A stretch of DNA of 64,000 nucleotides from Paraphysomonas bandaiensis (GCA_965644295.1 CBFFRP010000069.1:124001-188000), one strand, 5' to 3'. Positions 25,973-39,155 are shown, counted from the stretch's first letter. The notes: generated from the letters alone by a model not told the origin. A program made the numbers and translations.

Positions 25973-26345
25973 TACGTATGTATAGTAGATGTATGTACTG
26001 CTATATTTATGTAGACATGTACAGTGTAGTATATCTGCTCCAGTACATACAAAAAGGTTTTGTTATTCTTAAAATAGGGATATTTCTATAAATTGAAGAA
26101 TTTTTTTCTTTTTCACACTTTGTACATTTCTAAAATCCTGCTTTTCTAAACCATAAATGATCATACAATTCTAAAATTGCTGATATTTTAATCAAGAGAG
26201 CTCAAAAACTGGGAAATTTTAGAAATATATAGAGAGTATAGATGATCATTAACAGCCATCTCATATGGAGCATGTCTAGACATACATATCTATGTAAATA
26301 GAGGTCCTTATACCAATTCATTGGCTTCATGTTGCAATTAATGCA

Positions 26346-27272
26346 ATGTTATCCTTTTTATTCTTATTCATACTCTTATTTTCATACATCCTGACCGTTA
26401 TATCCGTCCAGTCCTATCTAACTACACGTAACTGTCAACAGACATGTGGACCATCAGCTATACTACCTCAATATATTGCACAACATTACACCCCTCCACT
26501 CTTATATACTTTTCCAGGTAGTGGTAATGGATGGGTTCGTTTATTAGTAGAGTATTCTACTGGTTATTTAACAGGATCTGTATATGATGATCACTCCTTA
26601 TATCTAACTCATAGAGGAGAGAGACTGTGCAGTAAATATGTTATTATGATCAAAATGCATCCTACATTGCATAACTTTGATAAAATGATGAAAGGTCGAA
26701 GCTCTTCACGTTGTCATGGGGTTGGTACATTTAAGCGGGCTGTTTTTCTTATCCGAGACCCTCTTGATGCTATATTCAGTGATTATAACCGTCGTGTTAC
26801 GGGTAGTCATGCGGGTCATGTTACTCGAAATAGATTTAACTGGACTATATGGGAGCAAAAAGCTACCTATTTGGCTGAGGAGTATCAAAATATGGAACCT
26901 GAGTCCTACGAGCCATTCAAGCGTGCTTTCCCAAACGGATATATGTACGTAAAATATGAACACCTGAAGGATACTGCAACAAGAATGAAAACACTTCAAG
27001 GGATACTTGATTTTCTCGGGTTTTATAAGCCTGAGAATGCGTTACAGATTAATCGAATGGAGTGTGCATTCGTGTTAGCGGCGTCGAAGCCAACATCTTA
27101 TCGTGCGATATCAACGCATACTGGAACACGTAAGGGCTCAGGAGATGAATACGTAACCAAAGATGAGCTCTACACTCAGGATATTGTGTGTAATGTAATA
27201 TGGCCTCGGGTACGCAACACCGCTGAGGTATATGGATACACGTTAAGTAGTCACAACATAACTTGCGCGTGA
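26346..27272 (+). CDS. WSCD-family membrane/secretory sulfotransferase
   Basis: Signal anchor; LYTFPGSGNGWVRLLVEYSTGYLTGSVY (5'-PSB), LIRDPLDAIFSDY (3'-PB), VKYEHL. Confidence 0.82.
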   Translation: MLSFLFLFILLFSYILTVISVQSYLTTRNCQQTCGPSAILPQYIAQHYTPPLLYTFPGSGNGWVRLLVEYSTGYLTGSVYDDHSLYLTHRGERLCSKYVIMIKMHPTLHNFDKMMKGRSSSRCHGVGTFKRAVFLIRDPLDAIFSDYNRRVTGSHAGHVTRNRFNWTIWEQKATYLAEEYQNMEPESYEPFKRAFPNGYMYVKYEHLKDTATRMKTLQGILDFLGFYKPENALQINRMECAFVLAASKPTSYRAISTHTGTRKGSGDEYVTKDELYTQDIVCNVIWPRVRNTAEVYGYTLSSHNITCA

Positions 27273-27429
27273 GCTCTGGCTGTCGTGTAAGTTGTGTGTC
27301 AATAGTGTGCTAAGTATGATATGTGCTTCGTATGCTAAGTACGAAGTAGTTTTTCTGTTTTGTGCGTCCGTTTTACCTTCATATAATAGTCGAACATTAT
27401 CAATTATAAATCACTACTATATATGTAAC

Positions 27430-29400
27430 AATTAATTGTCAAATATTGATATTGCAACACGAAATAATAATCGCAATTATATTTAGCTAAAACCAGCGTC
27501 TATTTATTGTTACGCGCCCTACCTGTTAAAGCCCTGGTGCTCTGATCCTCTGATATCTAATAGAGCATAAAAAAACTGATTTTGTCGTCAAATATTACAA
27601 AAACCTGCAGATTCTGCTGTCGTAAGATCATTCGGTATGTAAAATACTTACCCCTACTGCAACTACTTTCGGTATCTTACATTCAACTTCCTATGAATCG
27701 AAATTCCCATATAACTTATTACTGCATTGACTATGTAATTAGTGCTATTTCGAATGATAAGATGTATTCAATCTACTGACTGCAATAGTTACGCTAACCA
27801 TCTCAAGTTAATATGAGAAATTTTCCGGAATCCTAACTGAACTAAATATATGCATGTTCTCCTGATCAAACTTGCTTATTATATTTCACCTGTCGATCTC
27901 AGAATTATAGGTATCTATATGCCTGGAACTGAATATAGTATATCAGGAACAGTTTCAATAATGTGTACATTGTACATCAACTTTCTTCAATTGTCACGCA
28001 GGCAGCACTCAATGTAGGATAGTTTTATCAGTGCGGTAATTTAAATTCTGACAGCGAATAATAATAACTGTCATAATTGACTACAACCTGCTTTAATTAA
28101 AAGTCGATATGACAAGCAAACATGGGAAAGTGATAACTATTATTAAATTAGTTGGAATATTTTTTCAATATAGGTTAATTAGTTACTGCACATAATCGTC
28201 AGTGGTACAACCTACACGTAGCTAATTACATATGCTCGAAGTTACCCTGGGACTTTCAACATGTATGCTGTGTTCAAATATGTTCTAAAACTGAATGTCG
28301 GATTGTACAATTCGCCGAGCTGCTGGAAAAAGCTTCGTCGACATAGAACACAGAGCACTATGTAGCTGTTTTCCCACTATGAACCGACGCCAAAGTTGTT
28401 CTGAAGGCTGTGGATACTGATTTCACTGCTGAATTACTCTGGGTGGCTATTTGTTCGCTGAATCACTTATGTGCAGTAATCAAAAGCAAGATACCCGCTC
28501 GGATACCATATTTTCAATGACTGACCTCTATTTGCTTTTATCTGACTATGTGCTATCATGCGGGCTTATTAGTTCTTCCGTGTTTAGTCTAATTCCTAGT
28601 AAAATGGATCATGTCTAGCTGGTGCAATTACAGGACGACTTGAAATCATCCTCTTTCAGTGTGGGTCAAGAAAATTACAGGAGGAAGGCAAGCATCAGCT
28701 CGATCTCCACGACGTTCGTAAGTTGTTTGACGAATTGATCACAAGGCACTCGACCACAATGCAGCTATTATTCATAACGCTGCCTTCGAAAAGAAAGTCG
28801 TGAAGATGAAAGGTGGCAATAAAGCCTCACCTACCCAAACGGAAAAGAATTTAAACGCAATGAGAAAGAAGATGATGATGATGACAGTGAGGGTCTAGTT
28901 CAGAATGTCAACACAGTGCATCGTTTGATTGATAGTAATAACAGGCTGCGGAAGCGAGCACATCTTAACTAGCAAACTCGATACCGCAGCATGAAGCACT
29001 TGCATGTCACAGCCAATAAGTTTGAAAGTTTGTAGTGCTAAGAATGTTATGAGACTGATTTTTACGCAGGAGTATCAGAAGTATGACTCCTCGGCATTTA
29101 GAGATTTAGAGCTACTTATGTTTCTTTCGCATGATCGTCGCCACCCAGAAATGAAGTGACATGTGAAAAAGCTATGGTGGCAGCAAGTAATAATTGCAAT
29201 TTTAATAGGCTATATAACCTACGCCAATTATTGTTACACAGCCCTGATAACAGATAGTGGGAGCGAGCATGCCTTATCAAGCAAATTAGATACCGCAGCA
29301 TGAAGCACTTGCATACCACAACCAATAAAGTGAAAGATTATTCAGAAGGGCTACGATTGTTATGACATATTTACGCAAGAGTACGACTTCTCGGCTACGA
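27430..29400 (+). pseudogene. Decayed hAT transposase remnants with a TIR end at 29246 and a duplicated 3' segment
   Basis: Relic peptides LDLHDVRKLFDELI, AIIHNAAFEKKVVKMKGG, and YRSMKHLH twice (about 28982 and 29291); TIR-like TTGTTACACAGCCCTG ending 29246; left boundary uncertain. Confidence 0.6.
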
Positions 29401-29745
29401 TAAGTCTAGGCAGCTACTATATACTATATATTATAGATAGTTGTGCAGCTTGTATCTTCCGTCTTTGAAACTTGGTCGTTCGTTAGTAATGAACCACGAT
29501 ACTAATTGTTACATTACCAATATAGAGTGTGTCGGTTCATATATATTCATTCCTTGACCACTTCAAATAGAAGAAGTATAGAGAACAAAAAACTAAATAT
29601 CCGTAGAGACTACTAGTCACGAAAACACTATTGGACAAAGAGTGAGAATTCGACATAAACTTAAATCTAACTGGAGTGATACCAACAATGCAATATCAAT
29701 GAAAACAGAAGTTGCACAACGGACAATAATGATATCCATGGTGCG

Positions 29746-32700
29746 CTATGTTGGAGACCCTTCGGTGGTCCAATCAGTTCTACTAACAGCACTAACCAAC
29801 TGCAGCAGAACATGAGTTAAATTCTACAGGTAAACTGATGAGTACGTACATCTTTTTGGTCAACATGACACTGATGGTGTTTTGCTATATGATCACCACG
29901 TATTTGCTGTCGTTTCTGCGAGAACACTGTCATTCTTTCCTTTATATAGTCCAATATCAGATCAATAAAGTGATAAAAAGTATATATACCCTATATTTCT
30001 CCTCCATCACATGCAGTTGTTTGTCTAGATCATTCTTTCTATTTATTAGCCGATCATACTCCCGCCTATAACTCTCTTCTGCCTTCTCCCGCTGTGCGGC
30101 TATGTTGGATATCATGTGTGCATAATCCTTGTCAATTCTACTAATAGGTTACCACATTTATGGTACTATACAAGCAAACCCTTACTTTACTATTCCTTCA
30201 TTATACTTTGACAGTAGGGCGATGTACTCTTCGTCATCTTCGCAACTGCTGTCATCGTCAGAGGCATCGGTATTCAGTAAATCTAGATCAGACCCATACC
30301 CTATATTCCAAGTAACATATCATCAAAAGTCACGGAACACGATTATTGAATTCCAACCTTTGGGTTTGAAATCCGATTCCACGGGACCATTCCCTACAAC
30401 GTATCCATCAGAGACCGATCGCACCGTTCGCCTAAGTGGGGGCTCCGACTGTCGACGAGAGTCCAAATTAGATTGTAACTGCGCCGCCGGGTGAATCCCA
30501 CTAAGGTCCGGCGCAGAAGATATATGGTGCAAGCCCAGAGATGGTGCAGTGAGAGATGAGATAGGCCGTTTGTCAGGGCTCCTCATTTCATGCGGAGACT
30601 GGGAAGAAACAATACCGGAATTACTGATGACAATATTTTGAACTATCCTCTCATCAGGGGAGTCAGCTTCAAGTTCGGACCTCGACCTATCTTTAGACCT
30701 TTCCACCGCCGCACAGCTCAGCGCTGCCAGTGCTCGATCGTCATATACACCCGGCGTTTCCAGGAACTTCTCGATGACCATTTCCGACAGCTGTGGCTGA
30801 TTTTGACCACTATCCAATTTCTCGGCTGCCTTCTCCCCGGCCACTCGCCGAGCCACATCTACCACAGGGGAGATGGAAGCAACAATTTGATCCGCGTACT
30901 CAGCAAGAAAAGTCAATTCTTCTACCTCATTCATCTCTTCCACTATTGTCTGTGGGTCATCCTTAGCTAGATCGAATTCAAACTCTACCTCTTTGAACGT
31001 ATTTTCAAAAGGAACACGTAGTCGGAATATGAGGCATTTGTCTTTGTTGCCGCCGGCTTTGTCCTCGAGATCAACAACACCGAGAAAATTATCAGCAGGA
31101 GATCCTGATATCGGGGAATTTAGTACATGGTCAAGTGGTTTCATATGTTGAGATGCCGGGATTGGTATCGGCGAAGGTGGATGTAGCCCGTTTATTAGTT
31201 GGGATTGTCGCAAGCTGCACTCATGGAATTCAGAAAGCGACGAAGACCGACTGCGATGTGATTCCTCTGGGCGGCAGACCCTCAGCACTCGACTTGCTAC
31301 TTTACGCATATCTGTTCCATTAGACTCACATGACAGCTTCTGATGTTGTTGATCACTATCATCTGACGTTGGAAGATCAGTTTCCACAGCGGTAGGTGTT
31401 GATGAGGGCCCACCACCACTTGGCACATGCTTCGGACTATTCATCCCCTTATCATCTCCATCGTTATTCGAAGTCTCAAGAGATAAATTTTGATGGTCCT
31501 GGCATTCTCCGCGGTCAAATATCCTCTCCAATGGCTCCGCCTCTTGCACTATATCGAGAGCTAAAGGTACTGATTTCGAGCGAGTGAGGGGGCTACATTC
31601 CTCCAGTTCAGAGACCACAACATGAGAAGTGCTCTTGCTTTCCTTGCTACACAGCAGTGGTTTTTCCGAAGACGCATTCCCACTTCTATCTGACTCACTA
31701 TCATCATTGTCTTCATCTTCGCTATCACTGAAGTCTTCTACAACTGTATTGAGTCGTACTCGAACCTCTAGAAAATCGTCCTCCTCATTAGGAACTAAGA
31801 ATTCGTCCAAGAGGAGCTCAGCGGCCGAGGGGCGACTGAGTTCAGGGCGCAAACAGGCTTCAATGAACCGCTTAGCACTGTTGAACTGAACTCGAACTAA
31901 CTCTGGTGGAAGCTCGCCCTGCAGACAATCAATCATACATCAAGCGAAGTCAATATACCACTGGGCGAGAAATATAAACGAAAACGGGAACTTACATTGA
32001 GAACTTTTTTGTATATTTGAGCAGCGGATGTACATTCGTGGTAGGGTGTTAGAGCAGTAACCATCTCCAAGCAAGCCATTCCAAATGCATATATGTCAAC
32101 CTTCTCGTTATAGTTTTCATCGTAGAGCTCAGGGGCCATGAATTCGGGGGTTCCGAGACACGTCATTGCTGCGGCAGTAATCTGGCGGGAGTGATCATCA
32201 TTTGCAGGCCCATCATTGGATGTCTTTGCAGTAGTCCCATTCGATAATCGCCCTTCGGATATACGTGTTGACAATCCAAGATCTCCTGTATGCGCTGTTA
32301 GTAACAGGCAGTGCAAGAACATATACACACAATGTCGCCATACCTATTCTGAGATCCCCAGTGGAGCCATTGATGAAAATGTTGTCACACTTAATGTCTC
32401 TATGAATAATCTGCCGACCATGCAAAAACTCCAGACCTTTGAGGATCTGTCGACACCATCTCTTCACTGCATTCCATCGAATCATAGGATTCTTTTTGAT
32501 ATAACTGAGTCAATGAGTAAGCAACGAAAAGTGCATGCGTAGATAAGAGACGTACTCTTTCAGTGACCCTGACGACATAATCTCCGTGATAAATACAATT
32601 TCCTCCCGTTCACGGTTTACCCAAGAATTGTGGTATTTGATTACGTTCGGGTGTTCTAAATCCTTTAGAAGTTTTACTTCTGTTTTTATGCGTCTACGCT

Positions 32701-33030
32701 CACTGGGTGGAACTCGACTGAGTTTGATTACATTCCAGGCAACTTCAATTCCTTCATTCGTGTCATAGGCACGCCATCTGAAATAAACTATTAGTCTCGA
32801 CACATAGACTAAACAAAAAAACTTACACATCTTTGTAGGCACCCGCACCTAACCTCTCCTCAAGCTACCAACAAACATCACCATCTAATAATAAGTATTA
32901 ATGACGAACTCACCCTGACATAACGCCCTTGGGGTGATGATATAATGTTCTCATCATTTGGAATCCCTTTAGCATCTTTATAATCCTCTTTTTTATCAAC
33001 TTTCTCAGTATTTTTCTCAGTGACAGACAT
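29746..33030 (-). CDS. WNK: WNK family Ser/Thr kinase, multi-exon
   Basis: LGAGAYKDV (catalytic Lys in subdomain I), [50 protein letters not shown] (PF2-like domain), C-terminal coiled-coil exons. Confidence 0.9.
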
Positions 33031-33482
33031 AATAAGTAACTACTATATATATTATACGACTATTATATGAGTAGATACGACCACTACAGGTCTAAACAAA
33101 CTATAAATCAATACTTAAAATATAAGGACATCTTTATTTGTAATAATGTCCTTTTAACAATGCTTTTATGGTTGTTATAACCCTTATAAAACAAGCAATG
33201 TCTTATCTTAAATATCTAACCAGACCCACCACACCACGTATTGATATCTTGTATATGTATCAAGTACCTATAAAGGCAAACTTGTACATATCAACAATAT
33301 CTAATAACTATATGTGGGACTAGTTATAGACTGTAATGTATATATAGAAGGTGTATGTATAACCACACTTAACATCACATCGTATCTACTCAACACTCTA
33401 CACAGATTTCTATATATTAGAATTCTCTATAGTAGTTTTGTGTATGGAGGTTGATGAATGACTGTGGGACGTATAGGTAGTC

Positions 33483-33623
33483 AGCATCTTATTTTTCGGG
33501 AATTAATTGAAACAAATATACTCTATATTTCTGAGATACAACTACGGCTGGTATACAGATAATTGTTGTCTCAATATTAGAGGCATCTTTGAACAAAAAT
33601 ATACAAAGGATGCCGATACGGTG
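33483..33623 (+). mobile_element. ~135-bp dispersed element, copy 3
   Basis: Aligns over its full length with 6131-6271. Confidence 0.75.
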
Positions 33624-33888
33624 TTGATTGTATAAAGGTATACAGCAGTATATACCATATACGTATCAGACAAGTGTGGTGTTGGGTACTCCAATGAACC
33701 ACACTATATATCACAAAATATTTTCAGTTTATGTCAGAAGGGCAACTATTTAAGATACTTTTATTCAAAAGTGACCGTTATTTTGGCGAAATGGTTCAGT
33801 GGCAAAGAAACAAAATCGAGTTGCAATCACAATTCAACACTCGAATTGAATAAACAAAAGCGATATAAAAAACTATAAACAAACGACA

Positions 33889-35319
33889 ATGACAAACTTG
33901 AACTCAAGCGATGTCGCCGACTTCGAGTCTATGCTTGCTCTTGATAACCCTATCAAGTCAAGTGTGCTTCCTAGATGGCAAAGAAAGCAGAATCAGCAAG
34001 CCGACCAACAACAGACTGGTGATAGGTTCATTCCCAGCAGATCTGGAACGGATTTTGACAATTCCCAGCATCTTTTTCTTGGAGATAGCGATTCTGTTGA
34101 TGATTCATCCAGTTCCGATTTCCAGAAGATGCTTGCTGCCGGAATTACTGGTCAGGATCCATCCGATAAGCAGGGAACTAGAGTTCTTGCATACAAAAAC
34201 AAGGCACCAGCTCCGCAAGAAGGGTATCAGAATTCAATGAAGGTCTTGTATTCAGTACAGCAAGGAAAGAAATCAGATATGGTTAAGCCTACTCGGCATA
34301 TCCCATCTGCTCCTGTTCGTATCCTGGATGCTCCTGACCTACTTGATGACTATTACCTCAACCTGTTGTCGTGGAGTTCCACGAATGTTCTCGCAGTTGC
34401 TCTCTCACAGAGTGTATACCTTTGGGATGCTGCTAAGGGAAGCATTCAAGAACTCATGACTGTGGACGAAGACCCCAACGACTATATCTGCTCCGTGTCC
34501 TGGATCCAACAAGGTGGAACACATGTTGCCGTGGGAACCGCGAACAACACTGTTCAGTTGTGGGACGTTCAAGCTGGCAAGCAAGTTCGTTCCATGGACG
34601 GTCACTCTGCCCGCGTTGGAGCTTTGGCTTGGAACGGTCACTTGTTATCCTCTGCGTCACGAGATACCACTATCATTAACCATGATGTGCGTATCCAAGA
34701 CCATAAGGTCGGGGTCATGCGCCAACACACACAGGAAGTTTGCGGTCTTGCTTGGTCTCCAGATGGAACCTATCTTGCGTCGGGAGCCAATGACAATACC
34801 CTATGCATATGGGACGCCGGAAACACGCAGTCTGCGAATGCCCGTGCGCGTCACCAGCTCACCGATCACCAGGCCTCCGTCAAGGCACTCGCATGGTCAC
34901 CCCATGAGAGAAACTTGCTCGCTAGCGGAGGGGGCACGGCTGATCGATGCATTAAGTTCTGGAACGCCTCTAGTGGGAGTTTACTGAACAGCATCGACAC
35001 CGGCAGTCAGGTGTGTGCTTTACAGTGGTCACCCTTGGAGAAGGAGATTCTGAGCAGTCACGGTTACGCCGAGAACCAGCTCTCTCTCTGGAAGTACCCT
35101 ACCATGGTGCGCACCAAGGAACTACGTGGACATACATCTCGCGTACTGCACATGGCAACATCTCCGGATGGATCCATGGTTGTCTCTGGGTCGGCTGATG
35201 AGACTCTGCGTTTTTGGAATGTATTTGCAGGTGATGGAAAGAAGAAGAGCTCCGGAGGAAGCCTGGCTACAGCTGGTGGAGTACTGCGCAGCAAGAAGGG
35301 AAGCCTTAAGATCAGGTAA
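33889..35319 (+). CDS. CDC20: APC/C activator CDC20/fizzy
   Basis: C-box DRFIPSR, RVLAYKNKAP (Mad2-binding motif), ILDAPDLLDDYYLNLLSWS, WD40 repeats, terminal IR tail; intronless. Confidence 0.95.
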   Translation: MTNLNSSDVADFESMLALDNPIKSSVLPRWQRKQNQQADQQQTGDRFIPSRSGTDFDNSQHLFLGDSDSVDDSSSSDFQKMLAAGITGQDPSDKQGTRVLAYKNKAPAPQEGYQNSMKVLYSVQQGKKSDMVKPTRHIPSAPVRILDAPDLLDDYYLNLLSWSSTNVLAVALSQSVYLWDAAKGSIQELMTVDEDPNDYICSVSWIQQGGTHVAVGTANNTVQLWDVQAGKQVRSMDGHSARVGALAWNGHLLSSASRDTTIINHDVRIQDHKVGVMRQHTQEVCGLAWSPDGTYLASGANDNTLCIWDAGNTQSANARARHQLTDHQASVKALAWSPHERNLLASGGGTADRCIKFWNASSGSLLNSIDTGSQVCALQWSPLEKEILSSHGYAENQLSLWKYPTMVRTKELRGHTSRVLHMATSPDGSMVVSGSADETLRFWNVFAGDGKKKSSGGSLATAGGVLRSKKGSLKIR

Positions 35320-35590
35320 GTGGCACACCAACACTTACACCATATTATATGTATTACTGCAGTTTGATTATATACTTCAGTATTTTTATTTCTGTGTTAT
35401 TGTATATACCACATGCGTGTTATTGTATATATATATACATGTTGTACAGCTGTGTATGCTTCAGTTACTTATTACCAGTATATGTACAGTATATGTATGA
35501 TATTACACATATATACACCCACACACGCTTTTCTAAAAGCGACCTTTTTTCGGAAGTTTGGCGACATAGTTTAGTTTAGGAAGTTCAGTG

Positions 35591-35701
35591 TGTTACTTGT
35601 TACTCGTATTTTTTCTTCGCTCATTACTTTGCTGTTACGTAAATAATCAGTCTGTTACTTGTATTTTTTCTTCGCTCATTACTTTGCTGTTACGTAAATA
35701 A
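35591..35701. repeat. Local tandem duplication (about 55-bp period)
   Basis: GTATTTTTTCTTCGCTCATTACTTTGCTGTTACGTAAATAA occurs twice. Confidence 0.8.
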
Positions 35702-36253
35702 CAATAGTTTATTGCAATGCTCCTCTCATTATTATGTATGGGTATAGTGGCTTCAACCGGTAGAGTAGTAATAGTAGTCCTGTTGTCACACCATTGTTGT
35801 GTACACCGAAGTATAGGTTTCCCTGCTTGTAGTTTAAATGAGAACACCGAGAGATTTGACTCAGTCAGTCCTAAAAATGGTCAATCACAGCTAAACCTAC
35901 CATAGGGTTGTAGGAACTGTCAAGAGAAATGGCAAAATGTTTTCAGCAACGGGTTTGTTATGTATTTTATATTATTATGATATTGAGCCTCGCATGAATT
36001 AGGTTGTGATTCATTGGAATCAAAATTTGCTGGAGAAGCAAATAGACTACTTACGAAGACAACGCACACAAGGCAGGTAAAAGACAAGACAAGCACTGTC
36101 ATTTTACAAGCACCATGCACAGTGGGACAAACTTTGTTAAAGAGCGCCCATGGAATAGTACACATACATTGAATGGCCACAAAAAGCAACCTAAATGCAA
36201 TCCCTCCCTATAACACGATACGCTACCCACACTGCTGCCAGCCCCTAAAGTGC

Positions 36254-37036
36254 TCACTCATGAGCGAATTTGCAGGTGTCACCATACGTGCATTCGCCTC
36301 TCTGAAAAGCGTGGCAGTAGAGTTTCGTCTGTGGCTGTCCGTCCCCATTTACCTCATCGTGTGAATACCGGCACCTGTCTCCATATGTGCACTGTCCACG
36401 CTGGAAAGCGAAACATGGGTTGCGTCTCTTATGGGGCTGTCCCTGACCTCTGTGGGGGGGGGCATATCCGAATGCACCGGGCTGCTCCATCCCGTAACCC
36501 ATGGGGTATCCTCCGTATCCATTAAACATACCGAAAGCACCTTCGCCATGGCTGTATCTGCAATCCGAACCAAACATACACTCTCCGCGCTGCTGGAAGG
36601 TGTAACATGGTTTGCGCGGAACGTTTCCCCCACCGTACCCATACACAGGCATACCGTATGCATCCAACATCATGTAATTCATCGGGTAATTTCCATTAGT
36701 ATTTTCTCTGCTTAATTTTTTCTGAGCTCTGCATGGTTTGCAGCGAGTGGGTTGTCCCTCAAAACCTTTCATGCTATAAAACTCTTGCTCTCCAACAGTA
36801 AACAAAAATGTACATCCACAATCACGGCACACAAGAGAAATATCACCTTCAGAAGCCTCATAATCCATACCAGTAGGAATTTGTTGATTCGTTGTCATTT
36901 CCATTTTTTCAGTACCACCATTTTGTGTGATTTCACCATTAGATGGAGTTTCATCAACATGTTTCTCATGATTCAGTTCATTATGGCTGTGACCATTCAT
37001 CATATCACTTACAGGTTCACTGTTAACAAATTCCAT
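36254..37036 (-). CDS. RNA-binding protein: CxxC zinc ribbon (zf-trcl-like) + three CCCH fingers
   Basis: LVCRDCGCTFLFTVGEQEFYSMKGFEGQPTRCKPCR, then three C-x7-C-x5-C-x3-H-type fingers (CYTFQQRGECMFGSDCRYSH and two more). Confidence 0.85.
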   Translation of the reverse strand: MEFVNSEPVSDMMNGHSHNELNHEKHVDETPSNGEITQNGGTEKMEMTTNQQIPTGMDYEASEGDISLVCRDCGCTFLFTVGEQEFYSMKGFEGQPTRCKPCRAQKKLSRENTNGNYPMNYMMLDAYGMPVYGYGGGNVPRKPCYTFQQRGECMFGSDCRYSHGEGAFGMFNGYGGYPMGYGMEQPGAFGYAPPHRGQGQPHKRRNPCFAFQRGQCTYGDRCRYSHDEVNGDGQPQTKLYCHAFQRGECTYGDTCKFAHE

Positions 37037-37545
37037 AGCCACAATATTAAAAAAAACTAAATGTGGCGCGTAAGAAAATTAATGAAAGGTTTAGGTTATA
37101 TATCCTAAACCAACTCTATGTATATGATTTGATGTAATGAGGTCATTCACTGCATCTGATTGTGTGTTACAAGACCCAAACTACCACAAACAACCACACC
37201 ATACATAGCTATAGCTATATACAGTATATATATATATATATATGTATTTTTTTCAAATCAAAATTTGAGTTAAAGTACAAAAATTCTTTCTACCCAAAAA
37301 AATGAAAATATTGAAATGAAAAAATCTCTGACTCTTTAAGATATAAAAGATTGAAAAACGAAACCGACATCATATATTAAAAAAAAAAACGACAAAAACT
37401 TGCAAAGAAATTACTGCAAGCTTGATACATACATACATACACGTTAACATCAACAGACTTAACTGTCAACTAGACAGACATACATACATACATATATATA
37501 TATATATCATTACAATAGATCTGCATTAGAAAGCAGTATTATATT

Positions 37546-38682
37546 ATGGCAAATCCTACTGTCAGAACTTTACCAACTCCATTAACATTAGATGATTTTG
37601 ATGTGGGAGTTACACTTGGAACAGGATCATTTGGTCGAGTCCGTTTCGCCACTCATAAGGTTGCTTATATATAATGATTATATACCATATAACTATGATA
37701 TATGATAGACAACTGGTTCATTTTGGGCTGTTAAGATGTTGAAGAAAGCAGAAGTTATTAGACTTCAACAGGTTGATTGACTAAACTAGTGATTGATTAG
37801 TAGTTCATGAGTCTCATCAGGTGGAGCATATGATATCAGAGAAAAACATTCTTACAAACTTAGATCATCCATTCATTGTTCGTCTATCTGGGACATTTCA
37901 AGGTAGAAGCAAATGCTAACACTCAGTCTCGTCAGTTATTTAACCCTTTCCCTTCAGATGTAAAGTTTCTTTACATGGTCTTGGAGTACATCGTTGGTGG
38001 TGAGTTTTTTACGCACTTACGGAAAGCAGGGCGCTTCGACCACCAGGCATCCAAGTTTTATGCGACTCAGATTATTCTCGTCTTCGAGTACATGCATACT
38101 TCTGACTTTATATACAGAGATTTGAAACCTGAAAATCTGCTTCTAGACAAGCTCGGGTTTCTCAAGATAACCGATTTTGGTTTTGCCAAGCGGGTAGCTT
38201 TCAAAACGTATACCCTTTGTGGTACACCAGAGTATATTGCTCCAGAGGTACTTCTTAACAAGGGTCACGGTAAAGGCGTTGACTGGTGGACCCTAGGCAT
38301 CCTTCTTTACGAGATGATGGCTGGCCAGCCACCTTTCGTTGATGACGATCCTATGGGAATCTACCAGCAGATTCTTGCCGGCAAGGTTACTTTCCCAAGA
38401 CACTTTGATAGAAATGCCAAATCTCTCATTAAGAAGCTATTGGTGGCTGATCTGACGAAGAGGTACGGCTGTCTGAAGGGTGGGGCGGATGACATCAAGA
38501 AACACAAGTGGTTCCAGGGATTCGACTGGGACGCTCTCCTTGCTCGCCAGCTGACAGCGCCAATTGTTCCTGCTGTGTCAGGAGATGCCGACACATCAAA
38601 CTTCGATCCATATCCTGACTCACTTGAAGAAGCGCCTTTACCTGTGCTGGGACAGAATAAAGATCCTTTCGTGGACTTTTAG
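37546..38682 (+). CDS. PKA: cAMP-dependent protein kinase catalytic subunit, 4 exons
   Basis: TLGTGSFGRV, YRDLKPEN, DFGFAK, TYTLCGTPEYIAPE, terminal FxxF (FVDF). Confidence 0.93.
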
Positions 38683-38959
38683 ACAATTCTCCGGAACGCA
38701 CCGAGAGCGACAGATGTAAAAATAAATGTTTATCGAGTTGCGTAGTTCTTGAGTATTGCGAGTAGTTCCATGTATTTTGAATTGGTAGTCGGGCTGTTGG
38801 GTTGCTAAATTGTCTATTGGTCTTGATTGTCTGCCCCTTGCTTTCCAACAGTAACTTATCCGGTATGATTAATATGTACCAAGGCAACATCAGTTATAGA
38901 TATACTATTTGATGAAAAAAGTCAGTCGTGAAATTAATCTTAATAATAAGTAGTTAAAT

Positions 38960-39155
38960 TAACTTAATTTAATGTGCCATTCATTTGCTATGCTAAACAA
39001 ACTGTCACAAGCATTGGTAGTGCTGTATGAATGCTTCAGTGTGGTACATACTTTCGGTCGTTCTTGAGTAAACAAATGGCCTCGTCTTCCTCATCATCCT
39101 CTTTCTCTTCATCGAATTATCAAAAAACTATTACCATTAATGGTTACCGGGTCCA
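38960..39155 (-). pseudogene. hAT transposase dimerisation-domain relic next to a TIR-like sequence
   Basis: Minus strand LKHSYSTTNACDSLFSIAN; adjacent ATTAATGGTTACCGGGTCC resembles the MITE right TIR. Confidence 0.5.

Noticed and set aside
34514-34987. Alternate-frame and antisense ORFs inside CDC20 and other genes (e.g. 2462-3106, 21909-22364)
   Set aside because: Shadow ORFs of well-supported coding regions, with no motifs of their own
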